Virus record (IMG/VR): IMGVR_UViG_2660238585_000005
Reading direction: 5' to 3' (one strand)
DNA length: 64,000 nt
DNA from: an uncultured virus (IMG/VR IMGVR_UViG_2660238585_000005)
Lineage: Duplodnaviria; Heunggongvirae; Uroviricota; Caudoviricetes
The position numbers were made by a program, and so were the translations under genes. The notes under the pieces were generated by a model. The model did not search any database. It had not been told where the DNA came from and saw nothing but the letters and a program-made list of their open reading frames with translations. Below, in pieces: positions 20,090 through 28,930 of the stretch. Position 1 is the stretch's first letter, and the number at the start of each line of letters is the position of its first letter.

Positions 20090-21344
20090 TGTTTTCGCCT
20101 CCTTTCGAATATTGCTTTCCTACATCTGTGATAGGTATATAGTTACCATTACAAATTAATACGTCTCCACCTTCTATTGCTGGCATATCTAAAATATCTC
20201 TAGCATTATTTGGAGTGTATATAGCATTATTTACAAATGATGTTAAGCACTCTGCTTGTGTTTTTGCATCTGTTCGTAAAATAGCTTTTTCATTGAATTT
20301 ATAATACTTATTTTCATTTTTCTCTTCATTACTTAATAATTTATAGCAGATTTCCTCTTCATATTGTTTTAATATAAATTGTTCTGTATCTACATAAAAG
20401 CTAAGTTGTTGCATTTCTCCACTTGAATAACTAGATTTTTCATAGTTATTTATTTGATTTGGCTTTATTCCAAATGCTCCTGCTATTTGAAGTGATGAAA
20501 ATTTCTTTAATTCATAAAATTGGCTATCTGTTAGCTTTATATTTAAAGGTGTTATTTTCATACCTAATGGTATAGGAATTATTTTACCTGCATTATCTGA
20601 ACCATTAGCAAACCTCGAAATACCTTCTATTAATTTATCTTCTTTTGACTTATCTAAATCACCTGTATATTCTAGTGTAGCCTTTGCAGTAAGTCCTGTT
20701 TTATAAAGGTTATTAATAAAGTTTTGACTTTCAACTCCACCCTCAAGTGTATATTTTAAAATTTTACTAACTGGCTCACCTAGTATCCCATCAAAGGTAA
20801 ATGAAGTTTTAAAGTGTAGCACTTCTTCATTTTTAAATACAAATTGTTCGCCTGTGTATCTATCAGTATAGATATACCAAAGTGCATCTTTAATTCCAAA
20901 TATACCTTTATTGTCCATAATAACTTGTACATCATTACTTGGCATAATCCACAAATCTTTTATTTCATATGTAGCCCCATATTTTTCACGTTTAAACTCT
21001 TTTCTTATATAGACATAGGAATTTCCAAAGTGATTTCTATTGTTTTCTACAGTTGCCCAAAATATCGATGGTGTCATATAAGGGTTAGGTCTAACCTTTA
21101 ATAAATCATATACTTTATTGGGGGCTGCTCTTATTACCCCCTTTTCAGTTTCTTGATACATTTTAATAGGCATTTTACCTAATGTCTCAGATAACATTTT
21201 TAAGCAAGTAAAATAAGTAACTTCACTTAAGATATTTTTATTTCTAGTTGTTATCCCTAGCCACTCTAATAACTTTTCACTTCTCATATCAACAGTTTGT
21301 GGTTTAGGCATTATTAGATTTTTTAAACTTTTTATAAGGTTCAT
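20082..21344 (-). CDS. Portal protein, HK97 family
   Basis: RPNPYMT, EVLHFK, IAGAFGI. Confidence 0.95.
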   Translation of the reverse strand: MNLIKSLKNLIMPKPQTVDMRSEKLLEWLGITTRNKNILSEVTYFTCLKMLSETLGKMPIKMYQETEKGVIRAAPNKVYDLLKVRPNPYMTPSIFWATVENNRNHFGNSYVYIRKEFKREKYGATYEIKDLWIMPSNDVQVIMDNKGIFGIKDALWYIYTDRYTGEQFVFKNEEVLHFKTSFTFDGILGEPVSKILKYTLEGGVESQNFINNLYKTGLTAKATLEYTGDLDKSKEDKLIEGISRFANGSDNAGKIIPIPLGMKITPLNIKLTDSQFYELKKFSSLQIAGAFGIKPNQINNYEKSSYSSGEMQQLSFYVDTEQFILKQYEEEICYKLLSNEEKNENKYYKFNEKAILRTDAKTQAECLTSFVNNAIYTPNNARDILDMPAIEGGDVLICNGNYIPITDVGKQYSKGGENSE

Positions 21345-21359
21345 TTTTACACCTCCCTT

Positions 21360-23081
21360 CTAATTCCATCCCATCATATCTAGATACTTATCAACTGATT
21401 CATTTACATTTACTAATCTTTCTTCTTTAAATGCTAACTTATATGCATCTATAATAGCATCTATTGGGTCTATTCTTTTATTTCTTCTATCTTTATCTAT
21501 CTTAATTTCTCCATTTGGATTAGATACAATTTTTGCATTTAAGGCTGACCATGAAAGTAACTCATTTTCTTTGTTATACTCAATATTTTTCGCTCTAACC
21601 TCAAGTTCAAAGTCCTCAGTAGGATCATTAAGCCATTTGTGAGTTTGATAAATTTCTATACAATCGAATCCTAACTCTGATAAATCACTTAAAAAAGCAT
21701 CTGCATTATGTGGATCATAGCCTAACTGTTCAATTTTAAGGTCGTATTTTTCAATAAGATCATTTAAATATTTAATTATATATTTATAGTCAGTTTTAAT
21801 ACCTCCTAAAGTTTCTGTAACTGTCAATAATTCATCTTTAATCCATAAATTATATGGTGCATCGTCACTTTTGATATGTTCCTCTACTTTCATTTTTGGT
21901 ATAAAACTATGAGAATGAATATAATACTTCTTAACCCCATCAACATAATATACAAACACCAATGCTATTGAAGTTAAGTCTCCTCCGGAACTTAAGTCTA
22001 ATCCTGCATAACATTTTTGCCCCCTAAAATCTTCTAGAGTTCTTTCACTTTCACATTCCTTCCAAAACTTAGGCTTTATATATTGATCATCTGTAAATTG
22101 AATCCATATATTTAACGCCTTTGTTAGAAAATCTCTTAAATCATCTCCACCCATATCTCTTGCAGAATCTCCTACTCCTTTTAAATTTTCAAGATCTTCT
22201 GCATCTTTACATACTAGTGGATTAGCTTTTATCCAATTTTTAGAGTTCCAAATATCATCTTCTTCATCCATTTCAGCTATATACACAAATTGAGCATCAT
22301 TAGTAAATACATTTTCTAAAATGTTTTTACAGTATTCATACAGCTTAAAACAAGGACAGTTTAATTCAAATCCAGCAGTAGTTATTACTGAAATTAAACA
22401 CTGTTTCATTTTTCTTGTACCACCCTCAAGCAACTTATACATTTGATTGTTCTTATGGGCGTGATATTCATCGACTATACCAAGCAACGGTCTAAAACCA
22501 TCTATTGATTTTGTATCTCTTCCTAATGCTCTTATTATAGAATTAGTATTTAAAGCTATTATTGTATTATCATGTTCCTTAACCTTAAAAAACTCTGATA
22601 GATCTTCATCAGAGTTAATAAACTTAATCATTTCATTTAATACTATTTTAGCTTGATCTGATTTAGTAGCCGTACAATATAGTTGTCCATATTTATAACC
22701 ACTAAAAGCCCCATAATATGTACCTAAAATACCATTTAAAAATGATTTTCCATTTTGTCTACCAAGCTGAACATACGATGTTCTAAATCTCCTATAGCCA
22801 GTATCTTTTGTAACCCATCCATTTAGGCATCCTAATATGAATACTTGAAATCCTTCTAAATTTACAGGGATTTCTTCCTCACCCTCTGCTATTGTAAGTG
22901 TTTCTGCAAAATCTAAAATATCATTTGCCTTTTCTATATCAAACTCATACTTATATGCATTTAATTTAGACTTCTCTAAGTCATCTAAATGTCTTTTACA
23001 TGCTAGGATTGCAGGTCTTCCAGCTATAATTTTCCCTTCTACTACATCTACCGCATATTGAGTAACCCTATCTAAATTCAC
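21360..23081 (-). CDS. Terminase large subunit (cos-type)
   Basis: GRQNGKS Walker A, DEYH, GLDLS, RIDPIDA. Confidence 0.95.
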   Translation of the reverse strand: MNLDRVTQYAVDVVEGKIIAGRPAILACKRHLDDLEKSKLNAYKYEFDIEKANDILDFAETLTIAEGEEEIPVNLEGFQVFILGCLNGWVTKDTGYRRFRTSYVQLGRQNGKSFLNGILGTYYGAFSGYKYGQLYCTATKSDQAKIVLNEMIKFINSDEDLSEFFKVKEHDNTIIALNTNSIIRALGRDTKSIDGFRPLLGIVDEYHAHKNNQMYKLLEGGTRKMKQCLISVITTAGFELNCPCFKLYEYCKNILENVFTNDAQFVYIAEMDEEDDIWNSKNWIKANPLVCKDAEDLENLKGVGDSARDMGGDDLRDFLTKALNIWIQFTDDQYIKPKFWKECESERTLEDFRGQKCYAGLDLSSGGDLTSIALVFVYYVDGVKKYYIHSHSFIPKMKVEEHIKSDDAPYNLWIKDELLTVTETLGGIKTDYKYIIKYLNDLIEKYDLKIEQLGYDPHNADAFLSDLSELGFDCIEIYQTHKWLNDPTEDFELEVRAKNIEYNKENELLSWSALNAKIVSNPNGEIKIDKDRRNKRIDPIDAIIDAYKLAFKEERLVNVNESVDKYLDMMGWN

Positions 23082-23094
23082 ATAAAATCACCCC

Positions 23095-23583
23095 CTATTT
23101 TGCAAACTTAGAAAACTTGTTTTTCTTTTCATCTGTACTTGGTTTAGGTATAACCAATCTGCATCTGCTAGATATAGTTAACCCCATATCTGAAGCAAAG
23201 CTTCTGCATTGTTTAATATGTCTATCTTCAATTATTGATAGTTTATTATATTCTTCAAAATCTTCCTGTGGATCTAATGAGTCTAATTTAAGAGCTACCT
23301 TTACATATCTACTATAAGCTTTTATATATGTAGCTAATGAGTTGCAATCTGGATTGCCCATTATACCTATATCTATTAGCTCTTTTGATATCTTTTTAAA
23401 CTGTTTTTTCTCTTCTTTTGTTAAGTGAGTAGGAGGTTTTATATTATCTGAATTTGCTTTTACTTCTGTACTTTTTCTTTGTTCAATCTCAGCTTTTGTA
23501 AGGTGTTTCTTACCATTTGCCACTACTAATTCAATTGGTTGTTTTTTGCCTGCCACCTTATTTTCCCTCCTATCCCTGTTCAA
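23095..23583 (-). CDS. Terminase small subunit, P27 family (true start probably GTG ~23556)
   Basis: NGKKHLTKAEI, MGLTISSRCRL. Confidence 0.9.
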   Translation of the reverse strand: MNRDRRENKVAGKKQPIELVVANGKKHLTKAEIEQRKSTEVKANSDNIKPPTHLTKEEKKQFKKISKELIDIGIMGNPDCNSLATYIKAYSRYVKVALKLDSLDPQEDFEEYNKLSIIEDRHIKQCRSFASDMGLTISSRCRLVIPKPSTDEKKNKFSKFAK

Positions 23584-23584
23584 A

Positions 23585-23670
23585 TTTTTCAGTGGGGAGT
23601 TTCCGCGGAAAAAAACTGCAACCGTGGACTTACGTCAAAAGCCAAAAACTTTTTGACTCCCCCCCTATCC
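23585..23670 (-). other. Probable cos packaging-site region
   Basis: GC-rich island between HNH and terS with G7 run, TCAAAAAGTTTTT and TTTTTTCCGCGGAAACTCCCC; exact overhang not determinable. Confidence 0.65.
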
Positions 23671-23671
23671 T

Positions 23672-24094
23672 TTAATAATTTTCTTTTATCAATTCTTTTA
23701 GTTCATTTTGCATCTTAATTTTAGATACTTCTCCTTTATCGTACATTCTATGTACCTTCTTATGACACCTATCTCATAAACATATAAGGTTATTCATATT
23801 TAATCTCTTGCTCCAGCAATCTTTTAAAGTCTCTATATGATGTACTACATCACTTAAGTTATCATCACATAACTTACATATACCATCATCTCTTTGCCTT
23901 ACAGAATCTCTAGTAAACTTCCATTCTTTACTACAATAAAATTTCTGTTCTTTAAAATCTACTCTTCGCTTTCTATAATCCTTATATACTTTCTGTTGTC
24001 TATTATTAAATTTAGCTTCACATTCAGAACACATAAAAATTTCTTGGGGAATAATTTTCCCACATCTACAAAACTTCTTTAACAAATTTATCAT
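23672..24094 (-). pseudogene. Packaging HNH endonuclease interrupted by in-frame TGA at 23774-23776
   Basis: CKLC..VHHI..NLICL*DRCHKKVH...ENY; the frame stays open for 33 sense codons after the TGA. Confidence 0.8.
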
Positions 24095-24237
24095 CTCTTT
24101 TAATTAAGTTTTCAGTTTAATGAATATATATTTCATGTTACTACCCAACTTATTCCTAGTTTTAAAAATAAAAAAGAACCCTATTTCTAGAGTTCATCTA
24201 AATACTTTATATTTTAGTTTCTTTTTACACTTTTTAT

Positions 24238-24651
24238 TTACATATCTTCATATAGATGGTGATTATATTGAATAGGTCCTTTTACATACTTATCTTCTTT
24301 ACTATCATATTCATATGTTACTAAAACAGTATTGTCATTTACACCTGGCTTATCAATTGCATGCAATAAAAATGCCATTGCGTTATTTTCGAAAATAACC
24401 ATTGCAGATTTATTTGCTTCTAAATAGTCATTTTCATCTAAAGTATCAATAGTTTTTAAAGCTTCCTTTTTTGATCTAATGTAGAATTTTTCAAAATCTT
24501 TGTCTGTCATTGAAATAGACCCCTTGTTATCTATTTCATATTTACTTTTTGGTGGGTTTTTATTATCGTTTTTGGCTTCGTGCTTATATCCACATCCAAC
24601 TAGTAAAACAATCATAACAACAATCAAAAGTAAACCTGATATTTTCTTCAT
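24238..24651 (-). CDS. Lipoprotein moron, unknown function
   Basis: Lipobox LVGC; own TATTAT and GGAGG; flanked by terminator-like hairpins. Confidence 0.75.
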   Translation of the reverse strand: MKKISGLLLIVVMIVLLVGCGYKHEAKNDNKNPPKSKYEIDNKGSISMTDKDFEKFYIRSKKEALKTIDTLDENDYLEANKSAMVIFENNAMAFLLHAIDKPGVNDNTVLVTYEYDSKEDKYVKGPIQYNHHLYEDM

Positions 24652-24760
24652 TTTAATACACCTCCAAAGTATATAATACGGTTACCTTAAGTTTTAATCT
24701 ACCTATTTTTACCAATTCGTAATATTTAGTGAATTAAATAAGTATTATAAATCTTTAGCT

Positions 24761-24798
24761 AAATAAAAAAGAACCCTTTTAAAGAGTTCTTTTTTATT
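24761..24798. terminator. Terminator after Mn-catalase
   Basis: AAATAAAAAAGAAC...GTTCTTTTTTATTT. Confidence 0.75.
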
Positions 24799-24800
24799 TA

Positions 24801-25484
24801 CTATTTTTTTATTGGTTCATTGAAAGAAGGCGGATTAATATCTATCTTTGTATTATGATTGTTAGGTCCCGGACTAGATAAGTCAAAGTATAGTTTAGAG
24901 TCTTCAGTAACTCCAAAGTCTCTATTTGAACCTGTATCTTTAATCTTATTTAATGCATCTCTAAATAAAGCATTATGAGCTTCTTCTCTGTTAAGTAAGA
25001 AGTCTATTGTTTCTCTTACATATTTATCGTCAATTTGTCTATATAAATATTCATATACAACTTTTGCTCTTTGCTCTGATGCTATATTTGATAATAGATC
25101 TGCAACTAAGTCTCCTGTTACAGTAACATAATCAGCAGTCCAAGGTGCTCCTGAAGAGTTTATTAAAAATGGTGATAATCCACTTAATACATGAGTTTCT
25201 ATTTCTCCAGAATCAACTGCTTTATAATCAACATCATGTCCATTTAATAAATTTATTGTTTGAGCAACCATTTCCATATGGCTAAGTTCTTCCGCTGCTA
25301 TATCTAGAAATAAATCTTTTATCTCTTTATCTTTTATTCTAAAGCTTTGAGATAAATATTGCATTGCTGCTTTTAACTCTCCATTTCCTCCTCCTAATTG
25401 CTCTTGCATTAAAACTGCATATTGAGGATTTGGTCTTTCTACTTTTACTTCTCTTAACAATTTTTTATCATGTTTAAACATCAA
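24801..25484 (-). CDS. Manganese catalase family protein
   Basis: EQLGGGNGELKAAMQY, EELSHMEM, REEAH metal ligands. Confidence 0.92.
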   Translation of the reverse strand: MMFKHDKKLLREVKVERPNPQYAVLMQEQLGGGNGELKAAMQYLSQSFRIKDKEIKDLFLDIAAEELSHMEMVAQTINLLNGHDVDYKAVDSGEIETHVLSGLSPFLINSSGAPWTADYVTVTGDLVADLLSNIASEQRAKVVYEYLYRQIDDKYVRETIDFLLNREEAHNALFRDALNKIKDTGSNRDFGVTEDSKLYFDLSSPGPNNHNTKIDINPPSFNEPIKK

Positions 25485-25512
25485 CTATACCTCCAAAATC
25501 ATAATTAGTAAT

Positions 25513-25542
25513 TATAATTTCCCTTAAGCTTTAGTAATATAC
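25513..25542 (-). promoter_or_regulatory. sigmaF-like forespore promoter for the Mn-catalase
   Basis: GTATA-N15-GGAAATTATA versus B. subtilis sigmaF consensus GYWTA-N15-GGnnAnAnTW. Confidence 0.55.
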
Positions 25543-25748
25543 AAATTTTTCTATAATTTATTAGATGTTTAAATTGATTATAAATGCCTTATGAACGTAA
25601 CATATCTAATAGTGTGTTATATTCATTTTATCAACTTATATACCCACTGTAGGCTTAGTATTTACAATGATTTCAACCTTTATTTTTTCTATGTAAAATA
25701 AACCAATATAACATTCTCTTTTTATGTTATATTCTAGATAAAATTAAA

Positions 25749-26297
25749 TTAAAAATATCTAAAGCTAGTATAAGCTTTATTCATTCTGTCTTGGTCTATA
25801 CCTATATAATGTAAGGTTACAGCTGGAGATGAATGATTAAATATCTTCTGAAGTAATGCTATATCTTTGGTTTGCTTATAGTAATGATATCCCCATGTTT
25901 TTCTCATACTATGAGTTCCTAAACAAGGAACATCGAATAATTCTCCCAACTCTTTTAAAATTACATATGCCCTTTCTCTAGAGATAGGCCTATTATAGTT
26001 TTTACGTGATTTAATTAAAAAATCATCAGGATCCTTGTCCTCTACATAATCTTTAATTGCTCTTTTCAGTATTGGGTTTATCTCTATGAATTTTTGTTTC
26101 CCTGTTTTCTTTTCTCTTAAGACTATTTGCCTTTTATCTTTTACATCATATATCCTAAGCTTCAATATATCTGATACTCTAAGACCTGTATATATACCCA
26201 TCATAAATAGAAGGTAGTCTCTTTCATTTGTCTTTTTTAAATATGAACACATATTTTCTAATGTATCTAAATTTCTAATAGGTTCTACATAGTTCAT
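25749..26297 (-). CDS. Small tyrosine recombinase (catalytic domain only)
   Basis: TGLRVSD, HSMRKT, FNHSS, LHYIG. Confidence 0.92.
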   Translation of the reverse strand: MNYVEPIRNLDTLENMCSYLKKTNERDYLLFMMGIYTGLRVSDILKLRIYDVKDKRQIVLREKKTGKQKFIEINPILKRAIKDYVEDKDPDDFLIKSRKNYNRPISRERAYVILKELGELFDVPCLGTHSMRKTWGYHYYKQTKDIALLQKIFNHSSPAVTLHYIGIDQDRMNKAYTSFRYF

Positions 26298-26344
26298 ATC
26301 TCACCACCCTAGATTTTATTTACCCAAAATACTATAAATAAAAT

Positions 26345-26377
26345 AAAAAAGCCAGGTGAGAAAGTCCTGGCTTTTTT
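26345..26377. terminator. Intrinsic terminator in late leader of prophage 1
   Basis: A6-GCCAGG...CCTGGC-T6. Confidence 0.8.
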
Positions 26378-26419
26378 GAACGTAATAAGTTGTTGCTAAT
26401 AAATCTAATAAATGTAACT

Positions 26420-26546
26420 AGTTTATACTCCATACCGCTACAGAGTGCTCTTAAGAGCCGTAAAGTTATATTGGTGAGGGTTAAAGGGAATCGAACCTCT
26501 TATCTTCTAAATAAATAGCTATTTTGCCATTAAACTATATCCTCAC
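26420..26546 (-). ncRNA. Conserved late-leader RNA: tRNA-like cloverleaf + boxA-like motif + GCGG hairpin (copy 1)
   Basis: GAGGATA-TA-GTTTAATGG...GGTTCGATTCC...CCTCACCA then CGGCTCTT and ACTCTGTA-GCGG-TATGGAGT; homolog at 57050-57180. Confidence 0.65.
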
Positions 26547-26681
26547 GTTGCTAGGGTAAATTTATACCCTAGCCATTATATAAAGATGGGGGTTATTAGG
26601 AAATAAGCAATTGAGTTATTTTAAATTTCCTATACTACTATATTACCACCTCTGAATGTATAAAAAATCTTTACTTTGTCG

Positions 26682-27185
26682 CTAAAATGTAGCCAAAGTG
26701 TTGGCTTTGCTATTATTTTCATTAAATAATGGTAGTTCTTCATAGTTTGGATACAACATACCCATAATTTTATAAACTAATCGCTCTCTTACTGTGTAGC
26801 AATGACTGCGATCCATGTGTAGCTTAAGGCTTATATATTTCATATTATTTTTATTTTTGCTATTATAAAATAATTCAAAGAAATTAGTTTCATTAACATC
26901 TAAGCAACTTAATGAGTTTTCTATTTTCGCTTTCTCTATTTCTTTTTCTAGTTTACTTTGCATCAATTTATCTATTTTCTTCTCTTTATCTATAACCTCT
27001 TTTTCAACAATTCTAGAAATATTATAAGTTTCACTTGTTCTTTCATCATAATTTATAGCTCCACAACCTCTATATCTCATTTTCTCTTTCTTTATATCTA
27101 ATTCTATATTATTTATTTGAGCTTCTAGAAACTTATAATTATGCAATCTTACTTCTACTCTTTTAAATAATTCTTTTTTCTCCAT
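26682..27185 (-). CDS. ArpU/RinA-family late transcriptional activator
   Basis: VEVRLHNY N-terminus, coiled coil, C-terminal sigma4-like HTH; upstream of packaging genes. Confidence 0.8.
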   Translation of the reverse strand: MEKKELFKRVEVRLHNYKFLEAQINNIELDIKKEKMRYRGCGAINYDERTSETYNISRIVEKEVIDKEKKIDKLMQSKLEKEIEKAKIENSLSCLDVNETNFFELFYNSKNKNNMKYISLKLHMDRSHCYTVRERLVYKIMGMLYPNYEELPLFNENNSKANTLATF

Positions 27186-27209
27186 AGGCAGTCACTTCCC
27201 GTTTTTCTT

Positions 27210-27467
27210 TTAATCAATAATATCTTTCATTTCCTCTAGACATTTTTCACATATAAAAATGTTTTTGATGTTTTTTAAATTCTCTTTTGATCCACATAAA
27301 ATACACGAATTATTATGTTTTTTAAGCTTAATAGTTCCATTTTCACATAATATTTCAACTGGATCATTTTCATTTATATTTAACATTCTTCTAAATTCCT
27401 TTGGTATTACGATTCTTCCTAGTGAATCGATATTTCTTACAATGCCTTTATTATTTTTGCCATTCAT
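27210..27467 (-). CDS. abrB: AbrB-family transition-state regulator
   Basis: GIVRNIDSLGRIVIPKEFRRML plus clostridial C-terminal CxxC...CxxC. Confidence 0.9.
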   Translation of the reverse strand: MNGKNNKGIVRNIDSLGRIVIPKEFRRMLNINENDPVEILCENGTIKLKKHNNSCILCGSKENLKNIKNIFICEKCLEEMKDIID

Positions 27468-27798
27468 ACTATCACTCCTAACATATTTCTAACAATTTCT
27501 ATCAATAAAACTACCTATATAAATATATTTATCATCTAAGGTAACCCTTGTATATCTATATGATTAATTATTATATACCCTTATTCTTAATTTTTACTTA
27601 ATTAAAATAAAATTTATATAAACTTTCATAATAAATTTAAATTTTATATTTAAATTTACTGAGTTTTTGAATATTTTTCAATAAATAGACAAATAATAAA
27701 ATTGACATTTGAAGATATCAATATATTTTACCCTTTAACAGTTTAAATGCAGTTTATTTAGACTATTTTCAAATTTTAACTCTCAATATCCAATTCCC

Positions 27799-27827
27799 AA
27801 AAGGACTAGTTAACGCTAGTCCTTTTT
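27799..27827. terminator. Bidirectional terminator
   Basis: AAAAGGACTAG...CTAGTCCTTTTT. Confidence 0.8.
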
Positions 27828-27848
27828 AACTCTAAATAAAAAATATTC

Positions 27849-27947
27849 TCAACTTATACCTATACTAGCAAATAGCTTAAAACAAATTAAAATTATAATA
27901 GCTATAACTATAGCAATTAATATAAACAATTTGTCTCGATTTTTCAT
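27849..27947 (-). CDS. 32-aa single-TM peptide MKNRDKLFILIAIVIAIIILICFKLFASIGIS
   Basis: Translated by hand; RBS AGGTGG. Confidence 0.55.
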   Translation of the reverse strand: MKNRDKLFILIAIVIAIIILICFKLFASIGIS

Positions 27948-27990
27948 ATTTTCCACCACCTATAACTCATCTTTCTTTTAATCTATAAAT

Positions 27991-28221
27991 TTATTCATCC
28001 CTATTTCCACCTCTGATCCCCCAAGCACTCATTATTTTATCTGCACTTTCTGGAAACCTTAGTTTTCCATTAATCTCTTTACCACATATACATTGTGCTA
28101 GCGCCATATAATTTGGATATGTTTTATAGTCACTTGCTTTAAAGAATGTTTCTTTTACACTGGGTATACTAAGTCCTATTTCAACATACTTTAACTCTGT
28201 TGATTTACTCATTTTTATCAC
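27991..28221 (-). CDS. Conserved phage hypothetical protein (homolog of 58275-58508)
   Basis: TFFK.SD.KTYPNYMALAQCICGKEINGK shared by both prophages. Confidence 0.8.
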   Translation of the reverse strand: MIKMSKSTELKYVEIGLSIPSVKETFFKASDYKTYPNYMALAQCICGKEINGKLRFPESADKIMSAWGIRGGNRDE

Positions 28222-28750
28222 CCCTTATTTTATACTCAAGTTTATATCTCTTTCTAAAAAGTCTTTTAGCTTCTATTGCTTGATTTAAATTACCTCTGCT
28301 AGCATTTAAATAATCACATGCTTTATTAACACTCTCAAACTCTATAGTCTCATTTTTTAATTTGTCTATAACTATCAACGGCTTTCTTTCAACTTCTCTT
28401 ATAGTTTCTAAAGCTTGTATCCTAAACCTCTTTCTAAACAATCTATTGTGCTTTATATAAGTTGTTATATCTGCCCTTCTCATATCTAGAAATTTACAAC
28501 AATCATCTAATCCATCAAACTCCATTTCTTTCTCTTCTACTTCATCTACTACCTTAACTTTATAATTATAATTCTGTTTAGGTTTAATCTTTCTATAATG
28601 TCCTCCTTTATCATCTTTAGGATCATCAAGTACTATATGTTTAATAGCTTTTCCTATACTTAAACTTGGATTTAATATGCAAGCTAATAAAGCAAGATAG
28701 TTATCTGTAAAATCAAAATCACAAGAATTAGAATATTTCACTCTAATCAC
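28205..28750 (-). CDS. Putative DNA-binding protein with two NUMOD1-like HTH repeats (homolog of 58613-59152)
   Basis: EFDGLDDCCKFL and EFESVNKACDYL repeats. Confidence 0.7.
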   Translation of the reverse strand: MIRVKYSNSCDFDFTDNYLALLACILNPSLSIGKAIKHIVLDDPKDDKGGHYRKIKPKQNYNYKVKVVDEVEEKEMEFDGLDDCCKFLDMRRADITTYIKHNRLFRKRFRIQALETIREVERKPLIVIDKLKNETIEFESVNKACDYLNASRGNLNQAIEAKRLFRKRYKLEYKIRGDKNE

Positions 28751-28878
28751 CCCTATTTAATTTTTTGTTTTATATTTAAACCTATAAATAATAATCTAAT
28801 TTCTTTCTTATTATTTAAAATATGACATATTCTTAGTAATCCATTTTTTATTTTAGATAAATTTTTATTACATATCCT

Positions 28879-28908
28879 GAATTTATAATTTTTCCTCTAC
28901 ACATAATA
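28879..28908 (+). promoter_or_regulatory. sigmaG-like forespore promoter
   Basis: GAATT-N18-CATAATA versus GHATR-N17/18-CATAHTA. Confidence 0.45.
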
Positions 28909-28930
28909 GTTGTATAAAGGAGGTGAATAT

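Noticed and set aside
25749..26297. Tyrosine recombinase as the prophage integrase
   Set aside because: It lacks arm- and core-binding domains and lies mid-genome; the serine recombinase abuts the junction.
26472..26544. Functional decoding tRNA (also 57105-57178)
   Set aside because: No canonical 7-nt anticodon loop; copy 1 has stem mismatches and copy 2 lacks CCA. Reported as tRNA-like only.
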